A stretch of DNA of 64,000 nt, from positions 30,194,001 to 30,258,000 of the forward strand of contig OX597824.1 in assembly GCA_951406725.2 (NCBI GenBank). Direction: 5' to 3'. The notes under the pieces are model-generated. The model ran no database searches and was not told the origin of the DNA. It worked only from the letters and a program-made list of their open reading frames with translations. The position numbers and the translations under genes are program-made. Of the stretch, positions 56,600 through 64,000 are shown piece after piece. The stretch's first letter is position 1. The number at the start of each line of letters is the position of its first letter. The stretch comes from Octopus vulgaris. Taxonomy: Eukaryota.

Positions 56600-56810
56600 A
56601 TCGTTGCTGTTATTTAGCCCAAGGTCAACTCTGATCAGTCAGAGCTGACCAGATCCATGATTAAAGGAATTTCTTCCATGACCTTCCGATTTTTTTCTAT
56701 GAGCAGGAAGTCCAGGTCCTTTGTAAGACGGTGAATATATTATTTGAGGGAGATTTCATTACTATTTCTAACAGGCTGAGTGACCACATGGAAGCTCCTT
56801 TCTTGGCTCG
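56600..56810 (-). mobile_element. Dispersed SINE-like repeat (GAGATTT..CTGCTATTTCTAGCAG family)
   Basis: Same blocks recur at ~3680-3880, 3890-4085, 15370-15540, 24310-24540, 56430-56595; the - strand ends in GGGCTAAA(CAA)-like tails. Confidence 0.6.
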
Positions 56811-57211
56811 TAAACACTGAGGTGTTAAAAAAAAAAGATTTTTTTTTTTTTTAAATATTTTACTACGATAGATAGAGTACCAAACTTGTAGAATGTACCC
56901 TTTCGTTATCGTATTACAACTCTGAGCTGCGCTCCGATCCTGTACCGCCAGTTTTATCTTTCAGCACCCTGGTATGTCCAAAATATTTGGTTTTGCAACA
57001 ACATTAGACAGAATTTATTTCCCCTCAAACAGAGGCAAGGAAAAGTTGTTTGTAGAATTTTTATTTTTCTCTACTAATTTTCCCTAAATTTTAAAATCGT
57101 GGGACAGTTTCTCATCCCGCCAGTATCAACTTGCATTGCTAACCCTTACAAGGTTGGTAAATTAAACTCCAGTTACATATTAGCTTACCGAATCGATCTT
57201 CTGCCAGTTAA

Positions 57212-57437
57212 CCCTTTGCCTGGCCTGTGTATCACATATAATAAACAGGACATATATCCCTGGCATCCGTGCACCATATATGTTAAACATAGCCATTTTT
57301 TTCTTTCAACCTCAAGAACTTGGGACACACAAAAGCAAGCTTTATATTACTCAGAATGTATGAAACAAGGACTAAGTTTGAAATCAAGCATGGATGTTTA
57401 GGACAAACTTATGAAATTGCATTGGATACGGAAAGGA
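57212..57437. mobile_element. piggyBac-like MITE family 2 (second copy)
   Basis: TTAA-CCCTTTGCCTGG...GATACGGAAAGGA-TTAA; shares TTAGGACAAACTTATGAAA and CTGGCATCC blocks with the reverse complement of 18453-18625. Confidence 0.7.
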
Positions 57438-58648
57438 TTAAGACAAATTGATTTTAATACAACAGCAGCCGAGAAGACGACTGAGGCTGGGATGCACTGG
57501 ACTAGATACGTAATAGATTGAATTTCGTTTTTCTACAGCCCTAAATTTAAATGCTCTCTATTAATTTCCACAAGTACCAGTAATTTACAGTGTAGCATCC
57601 AGTCCCTTATATCCCCTTGTTTCCAAATGGAATTGACTGAATTACATTCAAATATATTACATCAAAAATGACTGTCACACTCGGCGCCATCTACCAATGT
57701 TAAACGCGAAATTGTATTCACGGTAAGCAACTCTGAATGACCTAATTCTCATCAAGGGAGGTAACCACTTGTTGATTTATTTATTTTTATAGCCTGTAAG
57801 TCCGCGGGATTATGAGGAATTTAGTTTTTTAATTGAGTGGGATGGAAGATTAAAGGAAATTTAAATGTTTACTAAACGCTTAGAGGTTTCAGGAGAAATT
57901 GAAACGAAATCACAACAGCAGTTTCTTGAAATTTTCTTTGCTGCATTTGTTTCTGCTATACAATATTGTTTACTTTTGACTTTTACTTAAGCGACTCAAA
58001 ATTTGAGGGAGTGAAGTGGTGTTATGGCAACAATCGTCTTTTTTGCTGCGATATATTGGCCACCTCTGGATTACGAAATGAATTCAATCGTATCACAACC
58101 TCGACTGACTTCCACCCCACCCCACCCCACCCACCCACCTCTCTCTCTCTCTCTCTCTCTCTGAATCAGCTAATCTCCGCTTGACTGTTGTCATCCTAAT
58201 GAGGTTGTTACCCGGGCTTCAGACCGGGTAGAAGATGGCTGAGCAAGGGATTGACAAACTTTTCACACAGTCTATAAAAAATAAAATATATCGTACTACA
58301 GAAACCGCCCACAGAAAATCTTCGCAGCTCAGCGGCAAATATGACGAATGAGAACGAACTCAGGCTAATTACAACTTGCTAGATGTTTCGATGTTGAGTT
58401 GATATGCCCTTATGAATAAGAATTTATATGTGCTTCACCAGCCTAACTTGCCAGAGATAATCACACAATGACATTCTCTAGAACTGCTTCTCCAGCCTGA
58501 TAACATGAAATGGCTTATTTACTCCCTATAATTGTTTTAAAAGCATTTTAGTTGATCCATCATTGATTGACTGAATGAATGACGACAAAGAACACAGATA
58601 AAAATGTTAAAAGTATTTAATTTCCAAACAACTTCGGTTCTGTGTAAG

Positions 58649-58834
58649 TTACCTCGGACTTCTACTGTTAGCTTTGATTACATTCTGAATCCATGGAACG
58701 AACGTTTTGATATTTGTGTAGATACTCGGGAAACCATATCTTCGACACGAACGGTCGCCCCAGGATGTAACACCAGCCACAATGAATCGGCCATCAGACT
58801 TCCGCACACAAGATAATGGCCCTCCAGAATCACC
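58649..58834 (-). CDS. S1A (chymotrypsin-family) serine protease, last coding exon
   Basis: ttccag| acceptor then GDSGGPLSC...VAGVTSWGDRSC...PSIYTNIKTFVPWI...*; catalytic Ser motif intact. Confidence 0.93.
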   Translation of the reverse strand, partial: GDSGGPLSCVRKSDGRFIVAGVTSWGDRSCRRYGFPSIYTNIKTFVPWIQNVIKANSRSPR

Positions 58835-59523
58835 CTGGAAAATAAATAACCGATACAATTTATCAAAAGTCTGTCATATCTTCCACAATAACAGTTTCAA
58901 ATTTTGGCACAAAGCTAGCAATCTTTTTCGGCAATGAGTAAGATGATTACATCAGCTGGCACTTATTTTCTCGAACAGAATATAAGAAAAACGATTTCTA
59001 AAAGAGATAATTCTTCACGAAAGAAACCTCGCTTTACCTCTTGCTAGCTAGAGAAGAATCTCTCACGGTTGAAGGTGTGGATTAATATAAACGTTTTCCC
59101 TCTGCACGGGCCTGAATTCATCTCACTAAATTTGTGTTATCATGTCTATATTAGAAATTAAGGATCTTTTCCGTTGCTATCACAGTTTTTAAAATTTTGA
59201 AAATAAGTGAAAATTTTCAAATTTGATATATTGATGTAAGTTTTCACACCGAATCTGATTTTGTTATTAACTTGTTCCAGAAAAATTTTTAGAAAATGTT
59301 ACAGAGATTTGAAATTTGATCATTTTTAATGAATCAAAAAGCAGGATTTTGAAGCTGACATTTTGTGCGTGAGATCATTACGACAAACTTGTAAGAAGTT
59401 TTGAAATTTTAATAATACGGCGAAAATTATAACCAATTTCAGGAGTATGAGATTAGGCACTCCACAAGTCACTGAAAATCGTGGTTCTTGGAAGAATCGA
59501 TTGACGTATGCATTCCTCTAGTA

Positions 59524-59579
59524 CAGTGCTTCCAAACCTAGGGTAGTACTGGGAGTCCGTGAACTAAATTTAAAATTCC

Positions 59580-59616
<37 letters not shown>

Positions 59617-59772
59617 TATATATAGTTGCAGCACAGAATTTTTGTCAGTGAGCAGGTCGCAATCTCAAAGCGACGAAAATATTTTGGCAAATTAAATTTA
59701 AATGTTGAAGTGAATCTAACTGTTTTTGTGTGTTTCTTAAATGGCTTACAAACACCTTCCACGCTGCAATTG

Positions 59773-59813
<41 letters not shown>

Positions 59814-59870
59814 AGCATATTAAAAGAGATCTGTGGGGGGGAAATTAAATAAAAGGGCTGGGAACCAATG
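59524..59870. mobile_element. hAT-like MITE nested in the Merlin transposase (itself interrupted by a (TA)n-embedded insert ~59580-59810)
   Basis: Termini CAGTGCTTCCAAACCT / AGGGCTGGGAACCAATG; degenerate 8-bp TSD ctctagta/cttaagtg; removing it restores the transposase frame NRNTLKECIRQSILP. Confidence 0.65.
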
Positions 59871-60206
59871 CTTAAGTGTGTTGCGATTCAGACATAGCAT
59901 CGCATAAAGAAACCGTCTGGTGTCGCGACACACTCTGCCGAAAACCCTTTGCCCAGGTAGCAAGCACTATTCCTTGGTTGTATTTACGTCTTGAGTAGAC
60001 TGTTTCGTCAATTTCAACAATTTCCTAGGACCGCCTATCTGAACTGGATTACAGAGCAGGTCCTCCGAACATACTTCACGAACATTGCTTTTATAATCAA
60101 CAGCTGTGCAGTGGGTCATCCCTAGTTCTTCAACACAAAACCGGACTGAAGTGCAATTCCGTGACCCATGAGAAAAAGGGGAAAAGAAGTAGTAGAGTCC
60201 TAAGAG

Positions 60207-60515
60207 TGGAGGTACATGGCATAGTGGTTAGTGCAGCGGTCGAGGGATCGCGGGTTCGAATCTCAGACCGGGCGATGTGTGTGTTTACGAGCGAGACACC
60301 TAAGCTCCACGCGGCTCCGGCAGAAAGTAATAGCGAAACTTCTGCTGACTCTTTCGCCACAACTTTCTCTCACTCTTTCCTTCTGCATCTTGCAGCTCAC
60401 CTGCGATGGACCGGTGAGCTGCAAGATGCAGGAGGAAAGAGTGAGAGAAACCGGGAAACCGGCCCATTATGAGCCAGGCATGGCTCGAGAAGGAACAAAC
60501 AACAACAACAACAAA
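60207..60515 (+). mobile_element. tRNA-derived SINE inserted in the Merlin element
   Basis: A box TGGCATAGTGG, B box GGTTCGAATC, (AAC)n tail, 13-bp TSD agagtcctaagag / agagtcctaggag. Confidence 0.85.
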
Positions 60516-62129
60516 AGAGTCCTAGGAGGAAGGGTGCCACCTTCTAACCATGTATCTTTTCTGACAGACTCACACCTTCTGCATCATTTTTGGAAGCACC
60601 GCTAGTGAATTTTCCCATGAAGCTTCTTCTTGTTCATATAGTGTCTTTTTGTATATAATTTTCTTTTAGGGATAACAGATTTCTCTTGCAAGTATGAAAC
60701 TATATCTTTCTCAGTTTTCAATTTTTCCATCATATTCGAAAGGTTCAGAAAATAGGCACTTGTTAAGGAGAATCGACAGGTAAAAACAATACATGCGGTT
60801 GGAGTTTTAAGTAGACTATACCTTGTCTTGTCTATGGAAACAGGCACCAATATGCCTATGGCTTTCGGTCGGCTAAAATTACCCAAAATTTGCAAACTTT
60901 AAAAGCTATTAACTTTTTATTTATTAATTTATAGCAAAAACGAATTTCATTTCCACAATTAGCATACAAATCTACATCGGTACACCAAATTTGAAAACAA
61001 TTGGAACAAAATTAAAAGAATTAAAAACTGTGACAGCAACAAAAAAAAAAAAAGATACGAAATCGATATTGTGTTTTTTCCTTTTTTTTTTTAATCCAGG
61101 GACTCATAAGGTCGGTCACTTGGTTTCCATGATGTTTAAGAGAATAAGATCAGAATACTCTCCCTGAACGTGACACTGGACTGTTACAGGGTTCGAGGCC
61201 AGCAATTTTTGAGTGAAGGAGATAAATCGATATCATCGACCCCAGCACTTAAGTGGTACTTTATTTTGCTAACCGGGGAGGGATGAAATGCATAAAGTTA
61301 ACTTCGGTGGAATTTGAACTCAGAATGTAAAGAACCAGGGGAAATATCGCTAAGCATTTTGTCCGTCTCGCTAATGATTCTGCCAGCTCGCAACCTGTTG
61401 TGAATGGCGAATAACTATTTATTTCTTTATTGCCCACAAGGGGCTAAACATAGAAAGGACAAACAAGGACAGACAAACGTCGATTACATCGACCCCAGTG
61501 CGTAACTGGTACCTAATTTATCGACCCCGAAAGGATGAAAGGCAAAGTCGACCTCGGCGGAATTTGAACTCAGAACGTAACGGCAGACGAAATACCTATT
61601 TCTTTACTACCCACAAGGGGCTAAACACAGAGGGGACAAACAAGGACAGACAAACGGATTAAGTCGATTACATCGACCCGCATCATTCCTGGTGGTATAC
61701 ATCACCATTTATATCATCTACCATCATTTTTCTTTTTCATCTATAACAGTGGCTCTCAACTGCAACTCCAAGGGCTGCATGCTGTCTTTCAGCTTAGTGG
61801 ATAACATCGACTTCACTACTCGATCGATACATTATTTTATGAACCCAGTAAGGATGAAAGGCAAATAATGGTTTCTGATACAGGTACAAAGCCAGCAATT
61901 TTAAGGGATAAGTGGAGGGTTAATTGATATTGTTGTCCTCAGTACTTGTTTGGTACTTCATTTTATCAATCCCGAAAAGATAAAAGCAAAGTTCACCATG
62001 GCGTGATTTGAACCCTGAACGTAAAGAGTAGTGACAGTTACAAAACATTTTTATCTGACGCTCTAACTTTTCTACCAGTTCGCCGTTAGTCTATCAGCTA
62101 ATAATAAAATCAAAAATTTTGATACTCAC

Positions 62130-62266
62130 CGAACAGGCTCCTTTTATGCCAAAATTAACGCAGATATGAAGTGGTGGACGAATGGTTCCGTACCAAAGAT
62201 TCTGACAAAAATTTGGGTTCAAAAGGGTCACGTTCAACTCACGCAGTCGTCGGTTGCTTCCTGTAC
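62130..62266 (-). CDS. S1A serine protease, penultimate exon (upstream exons outside the window)
   Basis: ttaag|...|gtgagt, 137 bp, phase 1-0; TGSNRRLRELNVTLLNPNFCQNLWYGTIRPPLHICVNFGIKGACS splices in frame to GDSGGP. Confidence 0.9.
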
Positions 62267-63030
62267 CTTAAAAACAAAACAAGAATAGTTTTTCTTTCAA
62301 TAAAATATTATTAATATAAGGACACAGGGAAAAATGTGTCAAAGCCATCAGTAGGCGTCGATGCTTCCTAGGGCTATACAGCGGTGGTGTACTGTCACGT
62401 TCGTGTTAGATTGACAGTATACAACCATTCTATCGCCCCACCACCGTACATGTCTCTACGAGAGATTTAGAAATTTAGTATTTCTTATTATTAATTACTT
62501 AATAATTAAAAGAGCTGATGGATAGCTGAATCCGTAATACGTCAGGAAAAACGACAAAATCCAAAGCCCGCAAAGGTCAACTCTGCTTGTCATTTTGTCA
62601 GTAGCCAAACACTAGCACTCAGTCGGTCGGTACGACAGCGTGTGTGCCAGTTAATCCGATCAACAGAACAGCTTGCTTGTGGAATCTATGTGCAAGTGGT
62701 TGAGCACACCACAGACGTGTTATCGTTTAATGTAATTCTCAGGGAGAAACAGCATAACACAGAATGTGACAAGGCTGGCCCTTTGAATAATAGGTACAAT
62801 TCCAGCTGAGTGGGCTGGAGCAATATGTGTGTGTATAAATGTATGTATATGTATATATATATGTATGTATATATAAATGTAAGTATATATAAATATATAT
62901 GAATAAATATATGTATGCAGGTATATATATGTGTATATTATGTGTACATATTACATATACATACATATATGTACACATATATGTACACATATATACATGC
63001 ATGCATATATTTGTACATATATATATATAC

Positions 63031-63094
<64 letters not shown>

Positions 63095-63103
63095 GTACAA
63101 ATA

Positions 63104-63174
<71 letters not shown>

Positions 63175-63175
<1 letters not shown>

Positions 63176-63452
63176 GTTAATCCAAACAAGAAAGCACAAA
63201 AAACACAACGACGCGAGGACGTGGAACAAATATAGTATTATTGGACGCTCAAGAAAGAAGAAAAGAAGGAGGGTTTAACGTTTCGAGCGGAGCTCTTCGT
63301 CGGAAACATAGGAGAAGGGAAGACAGAGGGAAAAAAATCGCCCAGAGAAGGGAAGACAGAGGAAAAAACCGAGTAAGCACATAAATGTGAAACAAGGTAG
63401 AAAAAAGAGAACTCAAATACCAGAGGTAGAGTAATATACTTATTTAATAAAG
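63175..63452 (-). mobile_element. Penelope-like element terminal (pLTR) fragment embedded in (TA)n, with a hammerhead motif
   Basis: - strand GTTT CCGACGA A GAGC TCC GCTC GAAA CG T T AAAC at 63273-63307; insertion into TA microsatellite is typical of such elements. Confidence 0.6.
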
Positions 63453-63484
<32 letters not shown>

Positions 63485-63518
63485 TATACATCTATATGTA
63501 TATATATGTGCAGATGTA

Positions 63519-63574
<56 letters not shown>

Positions 63575-64000
63575 ATAAATGCGCCCTTTTAAAGCCTAGC
63601 CAGGCTTATGGGCCCGGTTTCTATGGCGTATGTGTTCCCTAGCTGGTCGGGACGCCAGTCCATCGCAGCGTTACTCATTTTTTGCTAGCTGAGTGGACCG
63701 GAGCAACGTGTAATGAAGAATTTGCTCAAGAACACGACGCGTCGCCCGGTCCAGGAATCGAAACCACTATCTTACAATCATGATGCTGACACCCTAACCA
63801 CTAAGCCACGCGCCTCCACCATACATATATATATATATATACAAAATATATATCATATATATGTATGCATGTATATACGCATGTATACCTGTATAAATGT
63901 GAGATAATAGTTTCACTTTAATAATAGTTTCAATATTAAAGTGAAAGTATCTGACATTACAATAGAGAAATGTTATCATTTCACTGTTGACACGTAATAC

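Larger units (their letters stand above)
59453..60760 (-). pseudogene. Disrupted Merlin/ISXO2 DDE transposase
   Basis: Fragments YLQEKSVIPK, CRRCESVRKDTWLEG, REVCSEDLLCNPVQIGGP, IVEIDETVYSRRKYNQG, VFGRVCRDT, ILPRTTIFSDLWSA* with frameshifts, stops and insertions. Confidence 0.88.
59162..61058 (-). mobile_element. Decayed Merlin (IS1595/ISXO2-like) DNA transposon with nested insertions
   Basis: Imperfect TIRs (GGATCTTTT..GTTGCTATCACAGTTTTTAA vs TTAAAAACTGTGACAGCAAC..AAAGATAC); 8-bp TSD-like flanks gaaattaa/gaaatcga; frameshifted transposase remnants inside. Confidence 0.85.

Noticed and set aside
60207-60275. tRNA-like sequences with A and B boxes (also 1730, 49785, 63820)
   Set aside because: No complete cloverleaf; each continues into a SINE body and tail, one with a clear TSD.

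Overview
Eukaryotic, AT-rich, microsatellite- and SINE-dense genomic DNA. The repeat landscape suggests an octopus/coleoid cephalopod (inference). About 3-56 kb on the + strand holds the 3' part of an LRIG (LRIG1/2/3, lambik) ortholog: 14 phase-consistent GT-AG coding exons encode 11 LRRs, an LRRCT, three Ig domains, a TM helix and a long cytoplasmic tail with PPxY, polyQ and a C-terminal FDV. A probable ~7.3 kb 3'UTR follows. Convergent on the - strand are the last two exons of an S1A serine protease with a non-tryptic pocket (G189). Its last intron holds a decayed Merlin (IS1595/ISXO2-type) transposon with nested insertions. Also present are Tc1-, piggyBac- and hAT-type MITEs, RTE LINE fragments, several SINE families, Penelope-type hammerhead motifs and long fold-backs in the LRIG 3'UTR, a retroposon with tandem putative pseudoknot+hairpin units, and a marked CpG boundary near 56.8 kb. 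No prokaryote-type system (e.g. CRISPR) is supported. All alignments and folds were done by eye.
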